DNA from: Eledone cirrhosa | Lineage: Eukaryota | DNA: 64,000 nt | Assembly (NCBI GenBank): GCA_964016885.1 | Contig: OZ024740.1 | Span: forward strand, 1,426,001 to 1,490,000 | Direction: 5' to 3' | Shown here: in pieces, positions 1 to 15,000 of the stretch | Layout of the letters: the number at the start of each line of letters is the position of its first letter | Numbering within the stretch: position 1 is the stretch's first letter | Notes under the pieces: generated by a model | What the model was told of the DNA's origin: nothing | Seen by the model: the letters and a program-made list of their open reading frames with translations, nothing else | The model's database searches: none | Made by a program: the position numbers and the translations under genes

Positions 1-3000
1 CCCAAGTCCTGTCCCCTGTGTCATGTGGCATACAACAGGTGTACCCCTAGTTCTGTCCCCTATATCATGTGACATACAACAGGTGTACCCCTAGTTCTGT
101 CCCCTGTATCATGTGACATACAACAGGTGTACCCCTAGTCCTGTCCTCTGTGTCATGTGACATACAACAGGTGTGCCCCTAGTTCTTTCCCCTATATCAC
201 GTGACATACAACAGGTGTACCCCTAGTTCTGTCCCCTATATCACGTGACATACAACAGGTGTACCCCTAGTTCTGTCCCCTATATCATGTGACATACAAC
301 AGGTGTACCCCTAGTCCTGTCCCCTATATCACGTGACATACAACAGGTGTACCCCTAGTTCTGTCCCCTATATCACGTGACATACAACAGGTGTACCCCT
401 AGTTCTGTCCCCTATATCACGTGACATACAACAGGTGTACCCCTAGTTCTGTCCCCTATATCATGACCTACAACAGGTGTACCCCTAGTTCTGTCCCCTA
501 TATCACGTGACATACAACAGGTGTACCCCTAGTTCTGTCCCCTATATCACGTGACATACAACAGGTGTACCCCTAGTTCTGTCCCCTATATCATGTGACA
601 TACAACAGGTGTACCCCTAGTTCTGTCCCCTGTATCATGTGACATACAACAGGTGTACCCCTAGTTCTGTCCTCTATATCATGTGACATACAACAGGTGT
701 ACCCCTAGTCCTGTCCCCTGTGTCATGTGGCATACAACAGGTGTACCCCTAGTTCTGTCCCCTATATCATGTGACATACAACAGATGTACCTCTAGTCCT
801 GTCCCCTATATCATGTGACATACAACAGGTGTACCCCTATATCATGTGACATACAACATGTGTACCCCTAGTCCTGTCCCCTATATCATGTGACATACAA
901 CAGGTGTACCTCTAGTTCTGTCTCCTATATCATGTGACATACAACAGGTGTACCCCTAGTCCTGTCCCCTATATCATGTGACATACAACATGTGTACCCC
1001 TAGTCCTGTCCCCTGTATCATCTGACATACAACAGGTGTACCCCTAGTCCTGTCCTCTGTGTCATGTGACATACAACAGGTGTACCCCTAGTCCTGTCCC
1101 CTGTATCATGTGACATACAACAGGTGTACCCCTAGACCTGTCCCCTGTATCATGTGACATACAACAGGTGTACCCCTAGTCCTGTCCTCTGTGTCATGTG
1201 ACATACAACAGGTGTACCCCTAGTTCTGTCCCCTATATCATGTGACATACAACAGGTGTACCCCTAGTCCTGTCCCCTGTATCATGTGACATACAACAGG
1301 TGTACCCCTAGTTCTGTCCCCTATATCATGTGACATACAACAGGTGTACCCCTAATCCTGTCCCCTGTATCATGTGATATACAACAGGTGTACCCCTAGT
1401 TCTGTCCCCTATATCATGTGACATACAACAGGTGTACCCCTAGTCCTGTCCCCTGTGTCATGTGACATGCAACAGGTGTACCCCTAGTCCTGTCCCCTGT
1501 ATCATGTGATATACAACAGGTGTACCCCTAGTCTTATCCTCTGTGTCATGTGACATACAACAGGTGTACCCCTAGTCCTGTCCCCTGTGTCATGTGACAT
1601 ACAACAGGTGTACCTCTAGTTCTGTCCCCTATATCATCTGACATACAACAGGTGTACCCCTAGTTCTGTCCTCTGTGTCATGTGAGATACAACAGGTGTA
1701 CCTCTAGTTCTGTCCCCTATATCATGTGACATACAACAGGTGTACCCCTAGTCCTGTCCCCTGTGTCATGTGACATACAACAGGTGTACCTCTAGTTCTG
1801 TCCCCTATATCATGTGACATACAACAGGTGTACCCCTAGTCCTGTCCCCTGTATCATGTGACATACAACAGGTGTACCCCTAGTCCTGTCCCCTGTATCA
1901 TGTGACATACAACAGGTGTACCCCTAGTCCTGTCCTCTGTGTCATGTGACATACAACAGGTGTACCTCTAGTTCTGTCCCCTATATCATGTGACATACAA
2001 CAGGTGTACCCCTAGTCCTGTCCTCTGTGTCATGTGACATACAACAGGTGTACCTCTAGTTCTGTCCCCTATATCATGTGACATACAACAGGTGTACCCC
2101 TAGTTCTGTCCTCTGTGTCATGTGACATACAACAGGTGTACCTCTAGTTCTGTCCCCTATATCATGTGACATACAACAGATGTACCCCTAGTTCTGTCCT
2201 CTGTGTCATGTGACATACAACAGGTGTACTCCTAGTCCTGTCCCCTGTGTCATGTGGCATACAACAGGTGTACCCCTAGTTCTGTCCCCTATATCATGTG
2301 ACATACAACAGATGTACCCCTAGTCCTGTCCCCTATATCATGTGACATACAACAGGTGTACCCCTATATCATGTGACATACAACATGTGTACCCCTAGTC
2401 CTGTCCCCTATATCATGTGACATACAACAGGTGTACCCCTAGTTCTGTCTCCTATATCATGTGACATACAACAGGTGTACCCCTAGTCCTGTCCCCTATA
2501 TCATGTGACATACAACATGTGTACCCCTAGTCCTGTCCCCTGTATCATGTGACATACAACAGGTGTACCCCTAGTCCTGTCCTCTGTGTCATGTGACATA
2601 CAACAGGTGTACCCCTAGTCCTGTCCCCTGTATCATGTGACATACAACAGGTGTACCCCTAGTCCTGTCCCCTGTATCATGTGACATACAACAGGTGTAC
2701 CCCTAGTCCTGTCCTCTGTGTCATGTGACATACAACAGGTGTACCCCTAGTTCTGTCCCCTATATCATGTGACATACAACAGGTGTACCCCTAGTCCTGT
2801 CCCCTGTATCATGTGACATACAACAGGTGTACCCCTAGTTCTGTCCCCTATATCATGTGACATACAACAGGTGTACCCCTAATCCTGTCCCCTGTATCAT
2901 GTGATATACAACAGGTGTACCCCTAGTTCTGTCCCCTATATCATGTGACATACAACAGGTGTACCCCTAGTCATGTCCCCTGTGTCATGTGACATGCAAC

Positions 3001-6000
3001 AGGTGTACCCCTAGTCCTGTCCCCTGTATCATGTGATATACAACAGGTGTACCCCTAGTCCTATCCTATGTGTCATGTGACATACAACAGGTGTACCCCT
3101 AGTCCTGTCCCCTGTGTCATGTGACATACAACAGGTGTACCTCTAGTTCTGTCCCCTATATCATGTGACATACAACAGGTGTACCCCTAGTTCTGTCCCC
3201 TATATCATGTGACATACAACAGGTGTACCCCTAGTTCTGTCCCCTGTATCATGTGACATACAACAGGTGTACCCCTAGTTCTGTCCCCTGTGTCATGTGA
3301 CATACAACAGGTGTACCCCTAGTCCTGTCCCCTGTGTCATGTGACATACAACAGGTGTACCCCTAGTCCTGTCCCCTATATCATGTGACATACAATAGGT
3401 GTACTCCTAGTCCTGTCCCCTATATCATGACATACAACAGGTGTACCCCTAGTCCTGTCCCCTGTATCATGTGACATACAACAGGTGTACCCCTAGTTCT
3501 GTCCTCTATATCATGTGACATACAACAGGTGTACCCCTAGTTCTGTCCCCTGTGTCATGTGACATACAACAGGTGTACCCCAAGTCCTGTCCCCTGTGTC
3601 ATGTGGCATACAACAGGTGTACCCCTAGTTCTGTCCCCTATATCATGTGACATACAACAGGTGTACCCCTAGTTCTGTCCCCTGTATCATGTGACATACA
3701 ACAGGTGTACCCCTAGTCCTGTCCTCTGTGTCATGTGACATACAACAGGTGTACCCCTAGTTCTGTCCCCTATATCACGTGACATACAACAGGTGTACCC
3801 CTAGTTCTGTCCCCTATATCACGTGACATACAACAGGTGTACCCCTAGTTCTGTCCCCTATATCATGTGACATACAACAGGTGTACCCTTAGTTCTGTCC
3901 CCTATATCACGTGACATACAACAGGTGTACCCCTAGTTCTGTCCCCTATATCACGTGACATACAACAGGTGTACCCCTAGTTCTGTCCCCTATATCATGT
4001 GACATACAACAGGTGTACCCCTAGTTCTGTCCCCTGTATCATGTGACATACAACAGGTGTACCCCTAGTTCTGTCCTCTATATCATGTGACATACAACAG
4101 GTGTACCCCTAGTCCTGTCCCCTGTGTCATGTGGCATACAACAGGTGTACCCCTAGTTCTGTCCCCTATATCATGTGACATACAACAGATGTACCCCTAG
4201 TCCTGTCCCCTATATCATGTGACATACAACAGGTGTACCCCTATATCATGTGACATACAACATGTGTACCCCTAGTCCTGTCCCCTATATCATGTGACAT
4301 ACAACAGGTGTACCTCTAGTTCTGTCTCCTATATCATGTGACATACAACAGGTGTACCCCTAGTCCTGTCCCCTATATCATGTGACATACAACATGTGTA
4401 CCCCTAGTCCTGTCCCCTGTATCATGTGACATACAACAGGTGTACCCCTAGTCCTGTCCGCTGTGTCATGTGACATACAACAGGTGTACCCCTAGTCCTG
4501 TCCCCTGTATCATGTGACATACAACAGGTGTACCCTTAGTCCTGTCCTCTGTGTCATGTGACATACAACAGGTGTACCCCTAGTTCTGTCCCCTATATCA
4601 TGTGACATACAACAGGTGTACCCCTAGTCCTGTCCCCTGTATCATGTGACATACAACAGGTGTACCCCTAGTTCTGTCCCCTATATCATGTGACATACAA
4701 CAGGTGTACCCCTAATCCTGTCCCCTGTATCATGTGATATACAACAGGTGTACCCCTAGTTCTGTCCCCTATATCATGTGACATACAACAGGTGTACCCC
4801 TAGTCCTGTCCCCTGTGTCATGTGACATGCAACTGTGTACCCCTAGTCCTGTCCCCTGTATCATGTGATATACAACAGGTGTACCCCTAGTCCTATCCTC
4901 TGTGTCATGTGACATACAACAGGTGTACCCCTAGTCCTGTCCCCTGTGTCATGTGACATACAACAGGTGTACCTCTAGTTCTGTCCCCTATATCATGTGA
5001 CATACAACAGGTGTACCCCTAGTCCTGTCCTCTGTGTCATGTGACATACAACAGGTGTACCTCTAGTTCTGTCCCCTATATCATGTGACATACAACAGGT
5101 GTACCCCTAGTCCTGTCCTCTGTCTCATGTGACATACAACAGGTGTACCTCTAGTTCTGTCCCCTATATCATGTGACATACAACAGGTGTACCCCTAGTT
5201 CTGTCCTCTGTGTCATGTGACATACAACAGGTGTACCTCTAGTTCTGTCCCCTATATCATGTGACATACAACAGATGTACCCCTAGTTCTGTCCCCTATA
5301 TCATGTGACATACAACAGATGTACCCCTAGTCCTGTCCCCTATATCATGTGACATACAACAGGTGTACCCCTATATCATGTGACATACAACATGTGTACC
5401 CCTAGTCCTGTCCCCTATATCATGTGACATACAACAGGTGTACCCCTAGTTCTGTCTCCTATATCATGTGACATACAACAGGTGTACCCCTAGTCCTGTC
5501 CCCTATATCATGTGACATACAACATGTGTACCCCTAGTCCTGTCCCCTGTATCATGTGACATACAACAGGTGTACCCCTAGTCCTGTCCTCTGTGTCATG
5601 TGACATACAACAGGTGTACCCCTAGTCCTGTCCCCTGTATCATGTGACATACAACAGGTGTACCCCTAGTCCTGTCCCCTGTATCATGTGACATACAACA
5701 GGTGTACCCCTAGTCCTGTCCTCTGTGTCATGTGACATACAACAGGTGTACCCCTAGTTCTGTCCCCTATATCATGTGACATACAACAGGTGTACCCCTA
5801 GTCCTGTCCCCTGTATCATGTGACATACAACAGGTGTACCCCTAGTTCTGTCCCCTATATCATGTGACATACAACAGGTGTACCCCTAATCCTGTCCCCT
5901 GTATCATGTGACATACAACAGGTGTACCCCTAGTTCTGTCCCCTATATCATGTGACATACAACAGGTGTACCCCTAGTCATGTCCCCTGTGTCATGTGAC

Positions 6001-9000
6001 ATGCAACAGGTGTACCCCTAGTCCTGTCCCCTGTATCATGTGATATACAACAGGTGTACCCCTAGTCCTATCCTATGTGTCATGTGACATACAACAGGTG
6101 TACCCCTAGTCCTGTCCCCTGTGTCATGTGACATACAACAGGTGTACCTCTAGTTCTGTCCCCTATATCATGTGACATACAACAGGTGTACCCCTAGTTC
6201 TGTCCCCTATATCATGTGACATACAACAGGTGTACCCCTAGTTCTGTCCCCTGTATCATGTGACATACAACAGGTGTACCCCTAGTTCTGTCCCCTGTGT
6301 CATGTGACATACAACAGGTGTACCCCTAGTCCTGTCCCCTGTGTCATGTGACATACAACAGGTGTACCCCTAGTCCTGTCCCCTATATCATGTGACATAC
6401 AATAGGTGTACTCCTAGTCCTGTCCCCTATATCATGACATACAACAGGTGTACCCCTAGTCCTGTCCCCTGTATCATGTGACATACAACAGGTGTACCCC
6501 TAGTTCTGTCCTCTATATCATGTGACATACAACAGGTGTACCCCTAGTTCTGTCCCCTGTGTCATGTGACATACAACAGGTGTACCCCAAGTCCTGTCCC
6601 CTGTGTCATGTGGCATACAACAGGTGTACCCCTAGTTCTGTCCCCTATATCATGTGACATACAACAGGTGTACCCCTAGTTCTGTCCCCTGTATCATGTG
6701 ACATACAACAGGTGTACCCCTAGTCCTGTCCTCTGTGTCATGTGACATACAACAGGTGTACCCCTAGTTCTGTCCCCTATATCACGTGACATACAACAGG
6801 TGTACCCCTAGTTCTGTCCCCTATATCACGTGACATACAACAGGTGTACCCCTAGTTCTGTCCCCTATATCATGTGACATACAACAGGTGTACCCCTAGT
6901 TCTGTCCCCTATATCACGTGACATACAACAGGTGTACCCCTAGTTCTGTCCCCTATATCACGTGACATACAACAGGTGTACCCCTAGTTCTGTCCCCTAT
7001 ATCATGTGACATACAACAGGTGTACCCCTAGTTCTGTCCCCTGTATCATGTGACATACAACAGGTGTACCCCTAGTTCTGTCCTCTATATCATGTGACAT
7101 ACAACAGGTGTACCCATAGTCCTGTCCCCTGTGTCATGTGGCATACAACAGGTGTACCCCTAGTTCTGTCCCCTATATCATGTGACATACAACAGATGTA
7201 CCCCTAGTCCTGTCCCCTATATCATGTGACATACAACAGGTGTACCCCTATATCATGTGACATACAACATGTGTACCCCTAGTCCTGTCCCCTATATCAT
7301 GTGACATACAACAGGTGTACCTCTAGTTCTGTCTCCTATATCATGTGACATACAACAGGTGTACCCCTAGTCCTGTCCCCTATATCATGTGACATACAAC
7401 ATGTGTACCCCTAGTCCTGTCCCCTGTATCATGTGACATACAACAGGTGTACCCCTAGTCCTGTCCTCTGTGTCATGTGACATACAACAGGTGTACCCCT
7501 AGTCCTGTCCCCTGTATCATGTGACATACAACAGGTGTACCCTTAGTCCTGTCCTCTGTGTCATGTGACATACAACAGGTGTACCCCTAGTTCTGTCCCC
7601 TATATCATGTGACATACAACAGGTGTACCCCTAGTCCTGTCCCCTGTATCATGTGACATACAACAGGTGTACCCCTAGTTCTGTCCCCTATATCATGTGA
7701 CATACAACAGGTGTACCCCTAATCCTGTCCCCTGTATCATGTGATATACAACAGGTGTACCCCTAGTTCTGTCCCCTATATCATGTGACATACAACAGGT
7801 GTACCCCTAGTCCTGTCCCCTGTGTCATGTGACATGCAACAGGTGTACCCCTAGTCCTGTCCCCTGTATCATGTGATATACAACAGGTGTACCCCTAGTC
7901 CTATCCTCTGTGTCATGTGACATACAACAGGTGTACCCCTAGTCCTGTCCCCTGTGTCATGTGACATACAACAGGTGTACCTCTAGTTCTGTCCCCTATA
8001 TCATGTGACATACAACAGGTGTACCCCTAATCCTGTCCTCTGTGTCATGTGACATACAACAGGTGTGCCTCTAGTTCTGTCCCCTATATCATGTGACATA
8101 CAACAGGTGTACCCCTAGTCCTGTCCTCTGTCTCATGTGACATACAACAGGTGTACCTCTAGTTCTGTCCCCTATATCATGTGACATACAACAGGTGTAC
8201 CCCTAGTTCTGTCCTCTGTGTCATGTGACATACAACAGGTGTACCTCTAGTTCTGTCCCCTATATCATGTGACATACAACAGATGTAACCCTAGTTCTGT
8301 CCTCTGTGTCATGTGACATACAACAGGTGTACCCCTAGTCCTGTCCCCTGTGTCATGTGGCATACAACAGGTGTACCCCTAGTTCTGTCCCCTATATCAT
8401 GTGACATACAACAGATGTACCCCTAGTCCTGTTCCCTATATCATGTGACATACAACAGGTGTACCCCTATATCATGTGACATAAACATGTGTACCCCTAG
8501 TCCTGTCCCTTATATCATGTGACATACAACAGGTGTACCCCTAGTTCTGTCTCCTATATCATGTGACATACAACAGGTGTACCCCTAGTCCTGTCCCCTA
8601 TATCATGTGACATACAACATGTGTACCCCTAGTCCTGTCCCCTGTATCATGTGACATACAACAGGTGTACCCCTAGTCCTGTCCCCTGTATCATGTGACA
8701 TACAACAGGTGTACCCCTAGTCCTGTCCCCTGTATCATGTGACATACAACAGGTGTACCCCTAGTCCTGTCCTCTGTGTCATGTGACATACAACAGGTGT
8801 ACCCCTAGTTCTGTCCCCTATATCATGTGACATACAACAGGTGTACCCCTAGTCCTGTCCCCTGTATCATGTGACATACAACAGGTGTACCCCTAGTTCT
8901 GTCCCCTATATCATGTGACATACAACAGGTGTCCCCCTAGTTCTGTCCCCTATATCATGTGACATACAACAGGTGTACCCCTAGTCCTGTCCCCTGTGTC

Positions 9001-12000
9001 ATGTGACATGCAACACGTGTACCCCTAGTCCTGTCCCCTGTATCATGTGATATACAACAGGTGTACCCCTAGTCCTATCCTCTGTGTCATGTGACATACA
9101 ACAGGTGTACCCCTAGTCCTGTCCCCTGTGTCATGTGACATACAACAGGTGTACCTCTAGTTCTGTCCCCTATATCATGTGACATACAACAGGTGTACCC
9201 CTAGTTCTGTCCTCTGTGTCATGTGAGATACAACAGGTGTACCTCTAGTTCTGTCCCGTATATCATGTGACATACAACAGGTGTACCCCTAGTCCTGTCC
9301 CCTGTGTCATGTGACATACAACAGGTGTACCTCTAGTTCTGTCCCCTATATCATGTGACATACAACAGGTGTACCCCTAGTCCTGTCCCCTGTATCATGT
9401 GACATACAACAGGTGTACCCCTAGTCCTGTCCCCTGTATCATGTGACATACAACAGGTGTACCCCTAGTCCTGTCCTCTGTGTCATGTGACATACAACAG
9501 GTGTACCTCTAGTTCTGTCCCCTATATCATGTGACATACAACAGGTGTACCCCTAGTCCTGTCCTCTGTGTCATGTGACATACAACAGGTGTACCTCTAG
9601 TTCTGTCCCCTATATCATGTGACATACAACAGGTGTACCCCTAGTTCTGTCCTCTGTGTCATGTGACATACAACAGGTGTACCTCTAGTTCTGTCCCCTA
9701 TATCATGTGACATACAACAGATGTACCCCTAGTTCTGTCCCCTGTGTCATGTGACATACAACAGGTGTACCTCTAGTTCTGTCCCCTATATCATGTGACA
9801 TACAACAGGTGTACCCCTAGTTCTGTCCCCTATATCACGTGACATACAACATGTGTACCCCTAGTCCTGTCCCCTGTGTCATGTGACATACAACAGGTGT
9901 ACCCCTAGTTCTGTCCCCTGTGTCATGTGACATACAACAGGTGTACCCCTAGTTCTGTCCCCTGTGTCATGTGACATACAACAGGTGTACCCCTAGTCCT
10001 GTCCCCTGTGTCATGTGACATACAACAGGTGTACCCCTAGTCCTGTCCCCTATATCATGTGACATACAATAGGTGTACTCCTAGTCCTGTCCCCTATATC
10101 ATGACATACAACAGGTGTACCCCTAGTCCTGTCCCCTGTATCATGTGACATACAACAGGTGTACCCCTAGTTCTGTCCTCTATATCATGTGACATACAAC
10201 AGGTGTACCCCTAGTTCTGTCCCCTGTGTCATGTGACATACAACAGGTGTACCCCAAGTCCTGTCCCCTGTGTCATGTGGCATACAACAGGTGTACCCCT
10301 AGTTCTGTCCCCTATATCATGTGACATACAACAGGTGTACCCCTAGTTCTGTCCCCTGTATCATGTGACATACAACAGGTGTACCCCTAGTCCTGTCCTC
10401 TGTGTCATGTGACATACAACAGGTGTACCCCTAGTTCTGTCCCCTATATCACGTGACATACAACAGGTGTACCCCTAGTTCTGTCCCCTATATCACGTGA
10501 CATACAACAGGTGTACCCCTAGTTCTGTCCCCTATATCATGTGACATACAACAGGTGTACCCCTAGTTCTGTCCCCTATATCACGTGACATACAACAGGT
10601 GTACCCCTAGTTCTGTCCCCTATATCACGTGACATACAACAGGTGTACCCCTAGTTCTGTCCCCTATATCATGTGACATACAACAGGTGTACCCCTAGTT
10701 CTGTCCCCTGTATCATGTGACATACAACAGGTGTACCCCTAGTTCTGTCCTCTATATCATGTGACATACAACAGGTGTACCCCTAGTCCTGTCCCCTGTA
10801 TCATGTGACATACAACAGGTGTACCCCTAGTCCTGTCCCCTGTGTCATGTGGCATACAACAGGTGTACCCCTAGTCCTGTCCCCTGTGTCATGTGGCATA
10901 CAACAGGTGTACCCCTAGTTCTGTCCCCTATATCATGTGACATACAACAGATGTACCCCTAGTCCTGTCCCCTATATCATGTGACATACAACAGGTGTAC
11001 CCCTATATCATGTGACATACAACATGTGTACCCCTAGTCCTGTCCCCTATATCATGTGACATACAACAGGTGTACCTCTAGTTCTGTCTCCTATATCATG
11101 TGACATACAACAGGTGTACCCCTAGTCCTGTCCCCTATATCATGTGACATACAACATGTGTACCCCTAGTCCTGTCCCCTGTATCATGTGACATACAACA
11201 GGTGTACCCCTAGTCCTGTCCTCTGTGTCATGTGACATACAACAGGTGTACCCCTAGTCCTGTCCCCTGTATCATGTGACATACAACAGGTGTACCCTTA
11301 GTCCTGTCCTCTGTGTCATGTGACATACAACAGGTGTACCCCTAGTTCTGTCCCCTATATCATGTGACATACAACAGGTGTACCCCTAGTCCTGTCCCCT
11401 GTATCATGTGACATACAACAGGTGTACCCCTAGTTCTGTCCCCTATATCATGTGACATACAACAGGTGTACCCCTAATCCTGTCCCCTGTATCATGTGAT
11501 ATACAACAGGTGTACCCCTAGTTCTGTCCCCTATATCATGTGACATACAACAGGTGTACCCCTAGTCCTGTCCCCTGTGTCATGTGACATGCAACAGGTG
11601 TACCCCTAGTCCTGTCCCCTGTATCATGTGATATACAACAGGTGTACCCCTAGTCCTATCCTCTGTGTCATGTGACATACAACAGGTGTACCCCTAGTCC
11701 TGTCCCCTGTGTCATGTGACATACAACAGGTGTACCTCTAGTTCTGTCCCCTATATCATGTGACATACAACAGGTGTACCCCTAATCCTGTCCTCTGTGT
11801 CATGTGACATACAACAGGTGTGCCTCTAGTTCTGTCCCCTATATCATGTGACATACAACAGGTGTACCCCTAGTCCTGTCCTCTGTCTCATGTGACATAC
11901 AACAGGTGTACCTCTAGTTCTGTCCCCTATATCATGTGACATACAACAGGTGTACCCCTAGTTCTGTCCTCTGTGTCATGTGACTTACAACAGGTGTACC

Positions 12001-15000
12001 TCTAGTTCTGTCCCCTATATCATGTGACATACAACAGATGTACCCCTAGTTCTGTCCTCTGTGTCATGTGACATACAACAGGTGTACCCCTAGTCCTGTC
12101 CCCTGTGTCATGTGGCATACAACAGGTGTACCCCTAGTTCTGTCCCCTATATCATGTGACATACAACAGATGTACCCCTAGTCCTGTTCCCTATATCATG
12201 TGACATACAACAGGTGTACCCCTATATCATGTGACATAAACATGTGTACCCCTAGTCCTGTCCCTTATATCATGTGACATACAACAGGTGTACCCCTAGT
12301 TCTGTCTCCTATATCATGTGACATACAACAGGTGTACCCCTAGTCCTGTCCCCTATATCATGTGACATACAACGTGTGTACCCCTAGTCCTGTCCCCTGT
12401 ATCATGTGACATACAACAGGTGTACCCCTAGTCCTGTCCCCTGTATCATGTGACATACAACAGGTGTACCCCTAGTCCTGTCCCCTGTATCATGTGACAT
12501 ACAACAGGTGTACCCCTAGTCCTGTCCTCTGTGTCATGTGACATACAACAGGTGTACCCCTAGTTCTGTCCCCTATATCATGTGACATACAACAGGTGTA
12601 CCCCTAGTCCTGTCCCCTGTATCATGTGACATACAACAGGTGTACCCCTAGTTCTGTCCCCTATATCATGTGACATACAACAGGTGTACCCCTAGTTCTG
12701 TCCCCTATATCATGTGACATACAACAGGTGTACCCCTAGTCCTGTCCCCTGTGTCATGTGACATGCAACACGTGTACCCCTAGTCCTGTCCCCTGTATCA
12801 TGTGATATACAACAGGTGTACCCCTAGTCCTATCCTCTGTGTCATGTGACATACAACAGGTGTACCCCTAGTCCTGTCCCCTGTGTCATGTGACATACAA
12901 CAGGTGTACCTCTAGTTCTGTCCCCTATATCATGTGACATACAACAGGTGTACCCCTAGTTCTGTCCTCTGTGTCATGTGAGATACAACAGGTGTACCTC
13001 TAGTTCTGTCCCGTATATCATGTGACATACAACAGGTGTACCCCTAGTCCTGTCCCCTGTGTCATGTGACATACAACAGGTGTACCTCTAGTTCTGTCCC
13101 CTATATCATGTGACATACAACAGGTGTACCCCTAGTCCTGTCCCCTGTATCATGTGACATACAACAGGTGTACCCCTAGTCCTGTCCCCTGTATCATGTG
13201 ACATACAACAGGTGTACCCCTAGTCCTGTCCTCTGTGTCATGTGACATACAACAGGTGTACCTCTAGTTCTGTCCCCTATATCATGTGACATACAACAGG
13301 TGTACCCCTAGTCCTGTCCTCTGTGTCATGTGACATACAACAGGTGTACCTCTAGTTCTGTCCCCTATATCATGTGACATACAACAGATGTACCCCTAGT
13401 TCTGTCCCCTGTGTCATGTGACATACAACAGGTGTACCTCTAGTTCTGTCCCCTGTATCATGTGACATACAACAGGTGTACCCCTAGTTCTGTCCTCTGT
13501 GTCATGTGACATACAACAGGTGTACCTCTAGTTCTGTCCCCTATATCATGTGACATACAACAGATGTACCCCTAGTTCTGTCCCCTGTGTCATGTGACAT
13601 ACAACAGGTGTACCTCTAGTTCTGTCCCCTATATCATGTGACATACAACAGGTGTACCCCTAGTTCTGTCCCCTATATCACGTGACATACAACATGTGTA
13701 CCCCTAGTCCTGTCCCCTGTGTCATGTGACATACAACAGGTGTACCCCTAGTTCTGTCCCCTGTGTCATGTGACATACAACAGGTGTACCCCTAGTTCTG
13801 TCCCCTATATCATGTGACATACAACAGGTGTACCCATAGTCCTGTCCCCTGTGTCATGTGATATACAACAGGTGTACCCCTAGTCCTGTCCACTGTGTCA
13901 TGTGATATACAACAGGTGTACCCCTAGTCCTGTTCCCTGTGTCATGTGACATACAACAGGTGTACCCCTAGTCCTGTCCCGTGTCATGTGACATACAACA
14001 GGTGTACCCCTAGTCCTGTCCCGTGTCATGTGACATACAACAGGTGTACCCCTAGTCCTGTCCCCTGTATCATGTGATATACAACAGGTGTACCCCTAGT
14101 CCTGTCCCCTGTGTCATGTGACATACAACAGGTGTACCCCTAGTCCTGTCCCCTATATCATGTGACATACAACAGGTGTACCCCTAGTCCTGTCCCCTGT
14201 GTCATGTGACATACAACAGGTGTACCCCTAGTCCTGTCCCCTGTGTCATGTGACATACAACAGGTGTACCCCTAGTCCTGTCCCCTATATCATGTGACAT
14301 ACAACAGATGTACCCCTAGTTCTGTCCTCTGTGTCATGTGACATACAACAGGTGTACCCCTAGTTCTGTCCCCTGTGTCATGTGACATACAACAGGTGTA
14401 CCCCTAGTCCTGTCCCCTATATCATGTGACATACAACAGGTGTACCCCTAGTCCTGTCCCCTATATCATGTGACATACAACAGGTGTACCCCTAGTCCTG
14501 TCCCCTATATCATGTGGCATACAACAGGTGTACCCCTAGTCCTGTCCCCTGTGTCATGTGACATACAACAGGTGTACCCCTAGTCCTGTCCCCTATATCA
14601 TGTGACATACAACAGGTGTACCCATAGTCCTGTCCCCTGTGTCATGTGACATACAACAGGTGTTCCTCTAGTCCTGTCCCCTGTATCATGTGATATACAA
14701 CAGGTGTACCCCTAGTCCTGTCCCCTGTGTCATGTGACATACAACAGGTGTACCCCTAGTCCTGTCCCCTGTGTCATGTGGCATACAACAGGTGTACCCC
14801 TAGTCCTGTCCCCTGTATCATGTGATATACAACAGGTGTACCCCTAGTCCTGTCCCCTGTGTCATGTGACATACAACAGGTGTACCCCTAGTCCTGTCCC
14901 CTGTGTCATGTGGCATACAACAGGTGTACCCCTAGTCCTGTCCCCTGTGTCATGTGACATACAACAGGTGTACCCCTAGTCCTGTCCCCTATATCATGTC

